Notes: a model not told the origin generated them from the letters alone. A DNA stretch of 64,000 nt from Abditibacterium sp. (GCA_965246885.1 OZ251992.1:1888001-1952000); one strand, 5' to 3'; shown: positions 37,926 through 47,784, counted from the stretch's first letter. Numbers and translations are program-made.

Positions 37926-38480
37926 GTGCCGATTTCTGTCCAGCCTGCGACGCCCGCCGACTTTCCCGACATCCTCGCCTTGCAAGACCGCAACCTCGTG
38001 TCCCGACTTGCGCCCGACGAGCGCGCCGATGGTTTTGTCACCACGCCCTTTACGCTTGAACTGATGGGCGAACTGCGCGGGAACGACCGCTTCTTCACCG
38101 CGCGCGACGACGCGAGCGGCGCCTTGGCGGGTTACGTCTTTATGGGAAGCTGGGCTTTTTGCGCGCGCTGGCCCGCGTTTCGCGTCGCCATCGCGCGCTT
38201 TCCCGTCGTGTTTGAAGGGCAAAGCGTCGGAGTTGAGGAGACGTTCCAATACGGCCCCGTGTGCGTGGCGAGCGAGTACCGGGGGATGGGCGTGTTGCCC
38301 CTCCTGTTCGGGGCGGTGTGCGCGCAAATGCGCCCGCGCTTTGCCGTCGGCACGACGTGGATTAATAAAGCCAACGGGCGCTCGATGCGCGCGCACACGG
38401 AAAAATTAGGATTGGTGCCGCTCGATGAGTTCACGCTCGGTGACGACCGCTTCGTGCTACTTGGCTTTGCGACGGGTTAA
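37926..38480 (+). CDS. GNAT family acetyltransferase
   Basis: GFVTT, QYGPVCVASEYRGMG, INKAN.RS..AH..KLG. Confidence 0.8.
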   Translation: MPISVQPATPADFPDILALQDRNLVSRLAPDERADGFVTTPFTLELMGELRGNDRFFTARDDASGALAGYVFMGSWAFCARWPAFRVAIARFPVVFEGQSVGVEETFQYGPVCVASEYRGMGVLPLLFGAVCAQMRPRFAVGTTWINKANGRSMRAHTEKLGLVPLDEFTLGDDRFVLLGFATG

Positions 38481-38489
38481 ACCAAGAGG

Positions 38490-39518
38490 ATGAACCTCTC
38501 GCAGCTTTTTATTCTCGGCCTGCCCGCCGACAACGACCTCGCCTTTGTCCGCGACTTCCGACCGGGCGGCGTCATTCTGATGGGCCGCAACGCGCGGCCC
38601 TTCGGGGAAGTGCAGGAGCTAACGGCGCAACTCCGCGCCGAACTGGAGCGCCCCATTGTCTCCACTGATCACGAGGGTGGGCGCGTGCAGCGATTGCGCG
38701 AGGGGTTCGAGGCGCTTCCACCCGCGCGCGAACTTGGCTCGTTTGGCAAAGGCTCCGTTTGGGAAACAGCCGCGCGTGTCGGGCGGCAACTGCGAAGGTC
38801 GGGCGTCAATCTCAACTTCGCGCCGGTGTGCGACGTGCCAATTCATCCGAACGACACAGTGATTGGGAGTCGCGCGTTTTCGGTAGGTTTTGAAGGCGCG
38901 GGCGTATGCGAGGCAGCATATATTGAAGGGTTGCAAGGTGCGGGAGTTGGCGCGTGCGCGAAGCATTTTCCCGGTCACGGCGGGGTGGGGGTGGATTCGC
39001 ACTTCGGGTTGCCCGCGTTCGCGGGCACGCGCGCCGAGTTGGAGCCGCACCTTGGCCCGTTCCGCGCGGCGATTGGAGTGGGGGTAAGCGCGGTTATGGT
39101 GGCGCATATCGAGGTGCCCACGCTCGACCCAAGCGGTAATCCGTCCAGTTTGTCGGCGCCGATAACAACGGATTTGCTGCGGGGAGAGTTGGGCTTTGCG
39201 GGCTTGGTGGTTTCGGACGACTTGGAAATGGGAGCGCTTGCGACGATTAGCGCGGGCGCGCTCGCGGTGCGCGCTTTGACGGCGGGGTGCGACGCGCTGC
39301 TGTTTTGCCACTCAAACGACAAGGCGACCGAGGCACGCGCGGCAATCGAGCGGGCCGTGACGCGCGGCGAATTGGACGCGGCGCGCATCGAGGAGGCCTT
39401 GGGGCATGTCCAAAGGTGGAAAGACCGCTTTGCCGCGTCTCCCTCTTTTCCTTCGCTTCCCGGCGACTTCAGTCGCCGGGAGACAGGGGAAGCATCCCCT
39501 CAACCCAATCTGCGTTAA
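38490..39518 (+). CDS. nagZ: Beta-N-acetylhexosaminidase (GH3)
   Basis: DHEGGRVQR, KHFPGHG, DSH, SDDLEM. Confidence 0.88.
   Translation: MNLSQLFILGLPADNDLAFVRDFRPGGVILMGRNARPFGEVQELTAQLRAELERPIVSTDHEGGRVQRLREGFEALPPARELGSFGKGSVWETAARVGRQLRRSGVNLNFAPVCDVPIHPNDTVIGSRAFSVGFEGAGVCEAAYIEGLQGAGVGACAKHFPGHGGVGVDSHFGLPAFAGTRAELEPHLGPFRAAIGVGVSAVMVAHIEVPTLDPSGNPSSLSAPITTDLLRGELGFAGLVVSDDLEMGALATISAGALAVRALTAGCDALLFCHSNDKATEARAAIERAVTRGELDAARIEEALGHVQRWKDRFAASPSFPSLPGDFSRRETGEASPQPNLR
39459..39480. repeat. Solo REP palindrome inside the nagZ 3' end
   Basis: CCCGGCGACTTCAGTCGCCGGG; same core as the REPs flanking the transposase. Confidence 0.75.
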
Positions 39519-39538
39519 ATTCTTACGCACCTTTTCTC

Positions 39539-40981
39539 ATGGACGAATCAGCAACTCTGCCACCCCTGCCGCTCAACCCGCAAGTCCGCTCGCCGCACAA
39601 CCCGCGCGTGCAAATGGCCAAACATCCGCTTCCCTTGCCGCCCCTCCCGATGGGTTGGGACGAAATCACCAAGATACTCCCGCACCGCTATCCGATGCTG
39701 CTTGTGGACAAGATTCTCGAAATCGAGGCCGGGCACCGCATCGTCGGCGCCAAGAACGTCACGGCGACCGAAGAGTTCTTTCTGGGCCACTTCCCCGGCT
39801 ATCCCATTATGCCCGGTGTCTTGATTCTTGAATCAATGGCGCAAATCGCGGGGGTTTTGATTCTCGTGACGCGCAACACTCCCGGCGCGCTGTCTTTCTT
39901 TGCAACCGTCGAGAAGGCGCGCTTTAAAAAGCCCGTCCGCCCCGGCGATACCATCGTCACCGAAGCGATTCTCGACGTGCTACGCGGCCCCGTCGCCAAA
40001 GCGACCGTGACGGGGCGCGTGGACGGCGAGGTCGTCGTCGAAGCGGAGTTCACCTTTTTCACGACCAGCGACTCCAACTCGCAAACCATCATCCGCACGG
40101 CGGGCGCGACTGCGCTCGCGGCGCCGTCCAACGGAACGGCTCCCGCGCCGCCCGTCGCCGCGCCCGCGCCTACCGAAACGGGCGTCAAGGCGCGCGTTCA
40201 TCCGACAGCCATCGTGCATCCCAAAGCGACGCTCGCGGCAGGCGTCGAGGTCGGCCCCTATTGCATCATCGAAGAAGACGTGATCCTCGGCGAGAACACG
40301 ACCCTCGAATCGCACATCGTCCTCAAACGCGGGGTGCAAATTGGGCGCAACTGCCGCGTGTTCCCGCACTGCGTCATCGGCCACGACCCGCAAGACGCCA
40401 AATATAAAGGCGAGCAGACGCGCGTCGTGATTGGCGACAACAACATTTTCCGCGAGATGGTGACGATCCACCGCGCGACGGGCGAGGGCGAAGCGACGGT
40501 GATTGGAAACAACAATATGTTCATGGCCTACGTTCACCTCGGCCATAACTGCATCGTCGGCGACAACAACATGATTTCCAACTCGACGGGCATTTCCGGC
40601 CACGTCACCATCGAAGACCGCGTCGTGATTGGCGGCTTCGTCGGGATTCACCAGTTCGTCCACATCGGCAAAATGGCGATGGTCGGCGGTTTGTCGAAAG
40701 TCGTCCAAGACGTGCCGCCCTTTTGCATGGCCGATGGGCGCCCCGCCGGGATTCGCGGCCTCAACACGCGCGGCTTGCGGCGCAACGGCATCACGAGCGA
40801 CGAGCGCAACCAAATCGGCACCGCCTTCAAACTTCTCTACCGCTCCGACCTCAACACCAGTCAAGCGATGGAGCGCATCCACGCCGAAATCCCGCCCAGC
40901 GTCCCGCTCGATTACATGACCAGCTTCATTGACCGCGTGCGCGAGGGACGCTTGGGAAGGCAGGACGAAAACCCGCTCTAA
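39539..40981 (+). CDS. fabZ-lpxA: FabZ-LpxA fusion protein
   Basis: LPHRYPMLLVD, GHFPGYPIMPGVLILESMAQ; Pro/Ala linker; VHPTAIVHP, PQDAKY, REMVTIHRAT, YVHLGHNC, IHQF, QDVPPF. Confidence 0.92.
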   Translation: MDESATLPPLPLNPQVRSPHNPRVQMAKHPLPLPPLPMGWDEITKILPHRYPMLLVDKILEIEAGHRIVGAKNVTATEEFFLGHFPGYPIMPGVLILESMAQIAGVLILVTRNTPGALSFFATVEKARFKKPVRPGDTIVTEAILDVLRGPVAKATVTGRVDGEVVVEAEFTFFTTSDSNSQTIIRTAGATALAAPSNGTAPAPPVAAPAPTETGVKARVHPTAIVHPKATLAAGVEVGPYCIIEEDVILGENTTLESHIVLKRGVQIGRNCRVFPHCVIGHDPQDAKYKGEQTRVVIGDNNIFREMVTIHRATGEGEATVIGNNNMFMAYVHLGHNCIVGDNNMISNSTGISGHVTIEDRVVIGGFVGIHQFVHIGKMAMVGGLSKVVQDVPPFCMADGRPAGIRGLNTRGLRRNGITSDERNQIGTAFKLLYRSDLNTSQAMERIHAEIPPSVPLDYMTSFIDRVREGRLGRQDENPL

Positions 40982-41000
40982 AGGGCGTCAAGCTGCCGTC

Positions 41001-41237
41001 TCTTGGCTTCCAGAAACCGTTTCTGGAAGCCAAGAAAGAGTTCCGCGAGTTCCCGATGGAGTTCCGCGGCTTCCCGATGGAGTTCCGCGAGTTCGCGCCA
41101 GAGTTTCGGGAAGCCGCGCCAGAGTTTCTTGAGTTCGCGCCAGAGCCGCGCGAGTTCGCGCCAGAGCCGCGCGAGTTCGCGCCAGAGCCGCGCGAGTTCG
41201 CGCCAGAGCCGCGCGAGTTCGCGCCAGAGTCGCGCGA
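41001..41237. repeat. 16-bp perfect hairpin followed by a 21-bp-period tandem array
   Basis: TCTTGGCTTCCAGAAA-CCG-TTTCTGGAAGCCAAGA; nine units from 41038, four identical (GAGCCGCGCGAGTTCGCGCCA). Confidence 0.9.
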
Positions 41238-41262
41238 ACGCCATTTCACGCTCAACCGCCCC

Positions 41263-42375
41263 ATGAAAACCCTCTTTTTGTCCGTTGGCGACGCTTCGGG
41301 CGACGAGCATTGCGCGTTGCTCGTGCGCGAATTGCTACGCCGCCACCCGGATTGGAAAATCGTCGCGCTCGCGGGGCCGCGCTGTATGGAAGCGGGGGCG
41401 GAGCTACTCGGCTCGACGCAGGGTTTGGGCGTGATTGGCTTCGCGTCGGCCTTGGCGATGGTGCCGCGCTCGTGGAAATTGAAGGAAGCCGCCTTCGCTT
41501 GGCTGCGCGCTAACAAGCCAGACGCCGCCATTTTGTGCGATTGGGGCGGCTTCAACACGCGCATCCTGCCCGAACTGCGCGCGCGCGACATTCCCGTCCT
41601 CTATTATTTCCCGCCGCGCTCGTGGCAAAAGGGCGGCGACGGCGGGACGCAAATCGCGCCCTTGGTTCAGTCCGTCGCCACGCCGTTCGAGTGGAGCGCC
41701 GCCAAACTGCGCGCGAGCGGAGCCAACGCCACTTGGGTCGGCCACCCGATTCTGAAGAAAATCGCCGCGCTACCGAGCCGGGAAGAGTTGCGCGCGCGGT
41801 TTGGCTTTGCGGAAGGCGAAACCGTCGTCGCGCTTCTCGCTGGCTCGCGCGCAATGGAGCTAAAGTGGATCGGCCCGCACTTGGTTCGAGCCACCGATTT
41901 GCTGCGCGGCGCCCAAACGGGCCGCAAGTTCCGCTTCGTCTTCGCCGCTCCCGTTAAGGATGCCGAGGAAGTCGTCGAGAATCAAACGCTCGAACTGCTG
42001 CGCGCCGCCGACATCGGGATAGTCAAATCCGGCACGTCCACACTGGAAGCCGCCGCGCTCGATTTGCCGCAAATTGTCGTTTACGACGCGCCGCCCGTCG
42101 TGCATTGGCAGGTCAACCTGACGGGGCTACGCCGCAAAATCCCCTTTGTGGCGATGCCCAACATCATCCTCGACCGGATGGCGTGCCCGGAGTTTCTGGG
42201 CAAACGGTGCCGCGCGCCGCTCTTCGCCGGGGCCGTGCTGGAGTTGCTCGATTCGCCGGAGAAAATGGCGCAGATGCGCGCGGATTACACCCTCGTCAGG
42301 CGCGCGCTGGGCGCCGATTTGGGTTTCGGCGCAACGGGGCGAACGGCGGAGTTGGTGGAAGAGTTGGTTACTTGA
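41263..42375 (+). CDS. lpxB: Lipid-A-disaccharide synthase
   Basis: GDASGD, YYFPP, PFE, WVGHP, LAGSR, SGTSTLE, MPNII. Confidence 0.9.
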   Translation: MKTLFLSVGDASGDEHCALLVRELLRRHPDWKIVALAGPRCMEAGAELLGSTQGLGVIGFASALAMVPRSWKLKEAAFAWLRANKPDAAILCDWGGFNTRILPELRARDIPVLYYFPPRSWQKGGDGGTQIAPLVQSVATPFEWSAAKLRASGANATWVGHPILKKIAALPSREELRARFGFAEGETVVALLAGSRAMELKWIGPHLVRATDLLRGAQTGRKFRFVFAAPVKDAEEVVENQTLELLRAADIGIVKSGTSTLEAAALDLPQIVVYDAPPVVHWQVNLTGLRRKIPFVAMPNIILDRMACPEFLGKRCRAPLFAGAVLELLDSPEKMAQMRADYTLVRRALGADLGFGATGRTAELVEELVT

Positions 42376-42402
42376 CCCTCAGCCTCCGCCGTGAACTCTA
42401 AC

Positions 42403-43033
42403 TGTGCCCGGCGACTGAAGTCGCGGCAACCCACAGCAAAGCCTCCCTGCGGAGGCTGGAAAGTTAGAACTCTTCGGTCTCGTCTATGAAACACTGCTCC
42501 CACTCATCGTGCAAAGTGCCCGCGCGGTGGTGTTCCTTTTGAGAACGGACGTAGCGTTTGACGGCAGGGACGGCGCGGGGACTGACGGTGAACGCGCCGT
42601 AAGCGCCTTGCCAACGGAACTTGTCCGCGCGCTCGATTTCGGCGTTCATCAGGTGCGACGAGGCGCCTTTGATTTCTTGCACCAACCCCGCGACTGCGAC
42701 AACTGGACGGACGCGAACGAGCAGATGCACGTGGTCTTCGACCCCGCCGAACGCGACAACCTTGCACCTCAATTCCTCCGTCTTGCTCACCATCGCGCCA
42801 AATAATCGGGCCTCATCCGACGGTCTGATGAGCGGCTCCCGGTCGTAAGTGGCCCACACCAAGTGGAAATACAACTGATGAAAAGGTTCGCGCATGGTTT
42901 GAACTCCTATGTCTACAGGCCCGGCGACTGAAGTCGCGGCAACCCACAGCGAAGTCGGCCTACGCCGACTGGAAGTGCAGCCTCCGCAGGGAGGCTTTGC
43001 CGTGTGTTGCCGCGACTTCAGTCGCCGGGCACA
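42403..43033. mobile_element. REPtron-like unit: Y1 transposase flanked by three REP copies
   Basis: About 55-bp CCCGGCGACTGAAGTCGCGGCAACCCACAGC... copies at 42403-42457 and 42919-42973, plus an inverted copy at 42978-43033. Confidence 0.8.
42464..42895 (-). CDS. tnpA: IS200/IS605-family HUH (Y1) transposase, RAYT-like
   Basis: HLVWAT, DHVHLL, WQGAYGAFTVS, YVRSQKEHH; no tnpB nearby. Confidence 0.9.
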   Translation of the reverse strand: MREPFHQLYFHLVWATYDREPLIRPSDEARLFGAMVSKTEELRCKVVAFGGVEDHVHLLVRVRPVVAVAGLVQEIKGASSHLMNAEIERADKFRWQGAYGAFTVSPRAVPAVKRYVRSQKEHHRAGTLHDEWEQCFIDETEEF

Positions 43034-43088
43034 AGCAGGCCGGGCACAGGCTGGGCACAAGAAATGGGCACAATAGAAGAAAAGAAGA

Positions 43089-44144
43089 TCAACTCAAATG
43101 CCGCAGAACTGCCGCGCCCATTTCGTCCGTTGAGCAGCTTACTTCGCCCGCGCAGATGTCCTTGGTGTGATAGCCCTCGTCCAGCGCCTTTTGAACTGCC
43201 GCCTCGATTCTAAGTGCCAAGTCCTCGCGCTCGAAGGTGTAGCGCATCATCATGGCGCACGCGAGGATGGTGGCGAGCGGGTTAGCGATGCCTTGTCCGG
43301 CGATGTCGGGGGCGCTGCCGTGAACGGGTTCATACATCGAAACGCCGCCGGGAGCGAAGTTGGCGCTGGGACTCATGCCCAAACTGCCGACGATGGCGGC
43401 GGCTTCGTCGGAAATGATGTCGCCGAACATGTTGTCCGTCACGACCACGTCCCACCGTTTGGGCGAGGGGTCTTGCAAGACGAGGATGCAAAAGGAGTCC
43501 ACTAACTGCGAGGAGCATTGAAAATCGGGGTGATTCTTCCCCATCGCCTCAAACATGCGCCGCCAATACAAGGAGGCGCTGAGGACGTTGGCCTTGTCTA
43601 CCGAGATAATCCGCTTGTCGCGCTTGCGCGCCACGTCAAAGGCGAACTCCAAGATGCGCCGCACGCCGCGCTCGGTGAAAAGGTTGATGTCGGTCGCGGT
43701 GGTGGCGCCAATGCCGCCCATGCGCGCATAAAGCCCCTCGGAGTTCTCGCGGATAATCACGAAATCTACCCCACGCTCCAACAGCTTGTCCTTGAGCGGC
43801 GAAGCGGCTTCGAGTCCGCGAAACAGTTTCACGGGGCGGATGTTGACGTATTGCTCGAAGATTTGGCGAAGCGCCAGAATCCCGTCGCGCTCGACGACGC
43901 CCGCTTCGATGTCGGGCCGCCCCATCGGGCCTTTCAAGACGGCATCGCAACCGCGCAGGGTGGCGAGGGATTCGGCGGGCAGAACGTGCCCGGTTTCTAA
44001 AAAGGTCGCGCCGCCAACGGGGGCTTTGACGAACTCAAACGACAGCCCCGACCCACGCGAGACGGCTTCGAGCGTTGAAACGCCCCACGACACAACTTCC
44101 GGCCCCACGCCGTCGCCCTCGATTACGCCAATTTTATGGTTCAT
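43089..44144 (-). CDS. leuB: 3-isopropylmalate dehydrogenase
   Basis: GDGVGPE, RENSEG, VDKANVL, NMFGDIISD, EPVHGSAPDIAG. Confidence 0.85.
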   Translation of the reverse strand: MNHKIGVIEGDGVGPEVVSWGVSTLEAVSRGSGLSFEFVKAPVGGATFLETGHVLPAESLATLRGCDAVLKGPMGRPDIEAGVVERDGILALRQIFEQYVNIRPVKLFRGLEAASPLKDKLLERGVDFVIIRENSEGLYARMGGIGATTATDINLFTERGVRRILEFAFDVARKRDKRIISVDKANVLSASLYWRRMFEAMGKNHPDFQCSSQLVDSFCILVLQDPSPKRWDVVVTDNMFGDIISDEAAAIVGSLGMSPSANFAPGGVSMYEPVHGSAPDIAGQGIANPLATILACAMMMRYTFEREDLALRIEAAVQKALDEGYHTKDICAGEVSCSTDEMGAAVLRHLS

Positions 44145-44156
44145 AGAGCGCCGAAG

Positions 44157-44516
44157 TTAACCAACTGCCGCGCGGTAGTGCGCCCATACGCGGCTTACCA
44201 ATCCGTCGCCGTCGAAAAGCACGGTTTCCGCCGCGTCCAAGTCGTTCACGCTCCGGTAAACGAGGACAATGCTCTGCGCTCCGGCAAAAGCGCGGGCGCC
44301 CGGAAAGTGCAAATCGGGGAAGCGTTCTAAGGCGAGCGCGAAATAGGCGGCAAGCGCCGCGCGCCCGACAACCAGCGAATCGCCAGTTAGCGCCTTGGCG
44401 AAAGGCGAGGAGAACTCGACATCGGGCGCGTAGTGCGCGAGGATGGCGGGCAGGTCGTGGGCGTTCCAGTCACGGAGCCACGCGGCGGCGAAGCGGTCAG
44501 CGTCGGTTTGATGCAT
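44157..44516 (-). CDS. SnoaL-like (NTF2) protein
   Basis: WNAHDL..ILAHY...VEFSSP, PDLHF. Confidence 0.85.
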   Translation of the reverse strand: MHQTDADRFAAAWLRDWNAHDLPAILAHYAPDVEFSSPFAKALTGDSLVVGRAALAAYFALALERFPDLHFPGARAFAGAQSIVLVYRSVNDLDAAETVLFDGDGLVSRVWAHYRAAVG

Positions 44517-44612
44517 TTGCGGGGAACACCTATCAGTATTGGCATCGAAAGTGCTTGAGTGGAATACGAAGAAGCTCAAGGGAGCAATTTTCAAAAGGAG
44601 AAACAAAACACT

Positions 44613-44858
44613 ATGGGTTTGATTATCACCATCTTGATGGGCGCGTTCATTGGCTGGATTGCGTCCATGATCATGAAGACCGACGCGAGCATGGGCGCGT
44701 TGGCCAACATCATCGCCGGTATCGTCGGCTCCGCCATCGGCGGTTTTCTATTCGGCAAAGGCGGCAACATGATCATTCAGATCATCGTGGGCGTCATCGG
44801 GGCTTGCATCCTCATCGGAATTGTCAAGCTTCTCACTGGAAGAAAGACCACCGTCTAA
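44613..44858 (+). CDS. GlsB/YeaQ/YmgE family stress membrane protein
   Basis: GWIASMIM, NIIAGIVGSAIGG, VIGACILI; AGGAG RBS. Confidence 0.9.
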   Translation: MGLIITILMGAFIGWIASMIMKTDASMGALANIIAGIVGSAIGGFLFGKGGNMIIQIIVGVIGACILIGIVKLLTGRKTTV

Positions 44859-44872
44859 CGGCAATTAACTCG

Positions 44873-44900
44873 AACGCCCCGCTCAAAAGAGCGGGGCGTT
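44873..44900. terminator. Terminator hairpin between convergent genes
   Basis: AACGCCCCGCTC-AAAA-GAGCGGGGCGTT. Confidence 0.75.
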
Positions 44901-44907
44901 TGGCGTT

Positions 44908-45783
44908 TCAGTGGTTGCCCTGCGCGATGAGACGATGCAAATACTGCCCGTATTCCGTCTTCTCGAACCGCTTGGCGGCGCGTAGCACTTCTTCCTCGCC
45001 GATGAAGCCCATCTGATACGCGACTTCTTCGAGGCAAGCAATCTTTAACCCCTGCCGCTTTTCGATGGTGGCGATGAAGCTCCCAGCTTCGAGGAGCGAG
45101 TCGTGCGTGCCGGTGTCGAGCCACGCGGCACCTCTGGTGAGCTTTTGGGCGCGCAAATCGCCGCGCTGCAAGTAGGCGTTGTTGACTTCGGTGATTTCCA
45201 GTTCTCCGCGCGGACTGGGGCGGACGGCTTTGGCAATCTCGACCACATCGCGGTCGTAGAAATAGAGGCCGACAACGGCGAAGTTCGACTTGGGGTGGGC
45301 GGGTTTTTCTTCGATGGACAACACGCGCCCCTCGCGGCTCCACTCGATGACGCCATAGCGGTTGGGGTCGGCGACTTGATACCCGAAAACTTGTGCGCCC
45401 GTTTCGATGGTCGCGGCGCTTTGGAGAGCCTCGGACAAGCCTTGGGCATAAAAGATGTTATCGCCCAAGATAAGGCAGGCGCCCTCGCCCGCCAGAAACT
45501 GTTCACCGATAAGAAACGCTTGCGCGAGGCCGTCGGGCGAGGGCTGTTCGGCATATTCAAGGGAAATCCCCCACTGCGAGCCGTCGCCGAGCAGTTCGCG
45601 GAAGTGCGGCAGGTCGTGCGGCGTGGAAATGAGCAGAATCTCGCGCAAACCCGCCAACATGAGCGTGGACAAGGGATAATAAATCATCGGCTTGTCATAG
45701 ACGGGCAGCAATTGCTTGGAGATAGCGAGCGTGAGCGGGTGGAGCCGCGTGCCGGAACCCCCGGCGAGGACGATGCCTTTCAT
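44908..45783 (-). CDS. rfbA: Glucose-1-phosphate thymidylyltransferase
   Basis: [39 protein letters not shown]. Confidence 0.95.
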   Translation of the reverse strand: MKGIVLAGGSGTRLHPLTLAISKQLLPVYDKPMIYYPLSTLMLAGLREILLISTPHDLPHFRELLGDGSQWGISLEYAEQPSPDGLAQAFLIGEQFLAGEGACLILGDNIFYAQGLSEALQSAATIETGAQVFGYQVADPNRYGVIEWSREGRVLSIEEKPAHPKSNFAVVGLYFYDRDVVEIAKAVRPSPRGELEITEVNNAYLQRGDLRAQKLTRGAAWLDTGTHDSLLEAGSFIATIEKRQGLKIACLEEVAYQMGFIGEEEVLRAAKRFEKTEYGQYLHRLIAQGNH

Positions 45784-45903
45784 AACGGCGCGTAGTGTGG
45801 CATTGATTCTGCCGTAAAGACACCCGACTTCCCGACCCCGCGCCCAGATTCTTTTGAACACTTGTCCGCGCGCGGGGTCAAGTTATCCGAGGAAACAACT
45901 TTT

Positions 45904-46443
45904 ATGGCTTATGATCCAGAAGCCCGGCGTCAGGGCAATTCGGCGCTTATTATTGGTTTGGTCGCCCTGCTTATCGCGGGCGGCGCAGCGCTCGCTTACT
46001 TTGCGACGCGCGGCAACAATACCGAGACCCCCCCCGTCGCCGTTGTGCAGGGGCACGACAAAACGGTTATCGTTCAGCAAACGGCGGCCCCCGGCCCGGC
46101 TGTTGTCGTGACTTCGGCCCCGCAAATCGTTGGCGTTCCCGTTGTGGGCGCCACCAGTAAGCCGAACACCATAATCGTGAACCGGAACACTACCACCACG
46201 CGCAACACCCACACCACGACGCACGACACCCGCATCATCGTGGCGCCCACCGCTTCCGCTCAAAGCGGCTCCGCGAGCGGCGGAAACTCCAGCCGCCCTT
46301 CCACCGATACCGCTTCGCCCACCGAAGCTCCCGCCGCGTCCAGCGACTCCAACACCGCGACCAACGACGCCAACACTTCGGCCAGCGACACGAACACTGC
46401 TACTGGTGGCGGCGCAAGCAATACCGGCAACTCCGGTTATTAA
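45904..46443 (+). CDS. Hypothetical membrane-anchored Thr/Ser-rich protein
   Basis: One N-terminal TM helix and a low-complexity tail. Confidence 0.65.
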   Translation: MAYDPEARRQGNSALIIGLVALLIAGGAALAYFATRGNNTETPPVAVVQGHDKTVIVQQTAAPGPAVVVTSAPQIVGVPVVGATSKPNTIIVNRNTTTTRNTHTTTHDTRIIVAPTASAQSGSASGGNSSRPSTDTASPTEAPAASSDSNTATNDANTSASDTNTATGGGASNTGNSGY

Positions 46444-46468
46444 GGCGTTTGCCACCGCTTCGCATCGC

Positions 46469-46544
46469 AAAAGGGCACCCACAGGGGGTGCCCTTTTTTG
46501 CGCCTTCTCCTGTGCCACAGGGCACCTACGTGGGTTGCCCCTAC
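46469..46544. repeat. Terminator hairpin plus GTAG-type REP-like palindrome
   Basis: AAAAGGGCACCC..GGGTGCCCTTTT and AGGGCACCTACGTGGGTTGCCCCTAC. Confidence 0.6.
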
Positions 46545-46614
46545 GCTCCATTAGGCATGCCTCCAATCTCGCGGGGGCGCGGGCGGGCTAATGGGCGTCT
46601 GTCTTTCACCCCCA

Positions 46615-47784
46615 ATGAGATTCCTGCACACCGCCGACTGGCACCTCGGTTTGCGTTTGGGCGCACACGACCTCTGCGACGCGCAGTTCGCCCAAGTCGA
46701 GCGACTCGCGCAAGCGTGCGACGACCTCCAAGTAGATGTGCTCCTCGTAGCCGGTGATGTCTTCGAGAAGCGCACCGGCCTCGCGGCTCTGACCAAGCGC
46801 CTCGCCGCCATCCTCAAGCCGCGCATGGAGCGCGGGTTGCACGTCGTCCTCGCGTATGGCAACCACGACGACCGCGAGCATTTCCGCATGATGCGCGCGC
46901 TTTTGGACATCGAGAGCGACGCGGGCCGCTTGCGCGTGGTCGAAGCGCCCGCTAACTTCGAGCTTGGCGGCGTGCAGTGGGGCGTCGTGCCGTATCCCGA
47001 CCGCGACACCCTCGCCCAATTCGCCGCCGACCGGAGCGACACCCCGGACGGCGCGGGCCGCAACGAGACGCTCAGCCAAAGCTACGCTGCCATCGTGCGC
47101 GGCGTCGCGGAAGGCTTCCGGCCCGACGTCCCTGCCGTCTTCGTCGCGCATATTTCCGTTGCGGGTGTCCAAACCGCCTCCTCGTTGGAGCTATCCTACA
47201 ACCAAGACATTGTGCTCGGCCAAAGCGACTTGCCCGCCAACTGCTCGTATATCGCGCTCGGCCACATCCACCAAGCGCAGCGCGTGGGCGGTGCGGCGGC
47301 GGTGCCCTGTTATTACGCGGGCAACCTCGACCGCTTCAATCGCGGCGAGCGGCACGACCGGCAAAAGGGCGCGTGGCTGGTGGATATTCCCGCACACGGC
47401 CCCGCCCGCTCCGGCGTCGAGGTGCAGTGGCTCGATTTGCCCGTCACGCCGTTTCTCGACATCGCAATCGCCGCCGACGAGGTGGAGGAGTTGCCCGCGC
47501 GCTACCCCGACTTGGCGCGTGGCTTTGTGCACGTGACGCTCGATTGCACGGACACCCCCGACCCCATCAAAGCGCGGCGACGCGTGTATGAACTGTGCCC
47601 GCGCGTGTTGGACGTGGTGCTGACGGGCGACACACCGGCGCTTGCCGAAGAGACATGGGCGCCGCGCGACTGGCGCCAGACGGCGCTGGCGTTCGTTGAG
47701 GAGCGCTTCGCGGGGCGCGCGGACTTGGCCGACTTGCAAGAGAAGACGCGCGACCTGTTGGCGGAGGTGGAAGCATGCTCTTGA
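46615..47784 (+). CDS. sbcD: SbcD/Mre11 nuclease
   Basis: HTADWHLG, AGDVF, GNHD, YIALGHIH. Confidence 0.9.
   Translation: MRFLHTADWHLGLRLGAHDLCDAQFAQVERLAQACDDLQVDVLLVAGDVFEKRTGLAALTKRLAAILKPRMERGLHVVLAYGNHDDREHFRMMRALLDIESDAGRLRVVEAPANFELGGVQWGVVPYPDRDTLAQFAADRSDTPDGAGRNETLSQSYAAIVRGVAEGFRPDVPAVFVAHISVAGVQTASSLELSYNQDIVLGQSDLPANCSYIALGHIHQAQRVGGAAAVPCYYAGNLDRFNRGERHDRQKGAWLVDIPAHGPARSGVEVQWLDLPVTPFLDIAIAADEVEELPARYPDLARGFVHVTLDCTDTPDPIKARRRVYELCPRVLDVVLTGDTPALAEETWAPRDWRQTALAFVEERFAGRADLADLQEKTRDLLAEVEACS

Noticed and set aside
37893..38396. msbA N-terminal extension as a fusion
   Set aside because: Shadow of the divergent GNAT gene
42464..43088. IS605 element with tnpB or omega-RNA
   Set aside because: No TnpB/IscB ORF; the flanks are explained by REP copies
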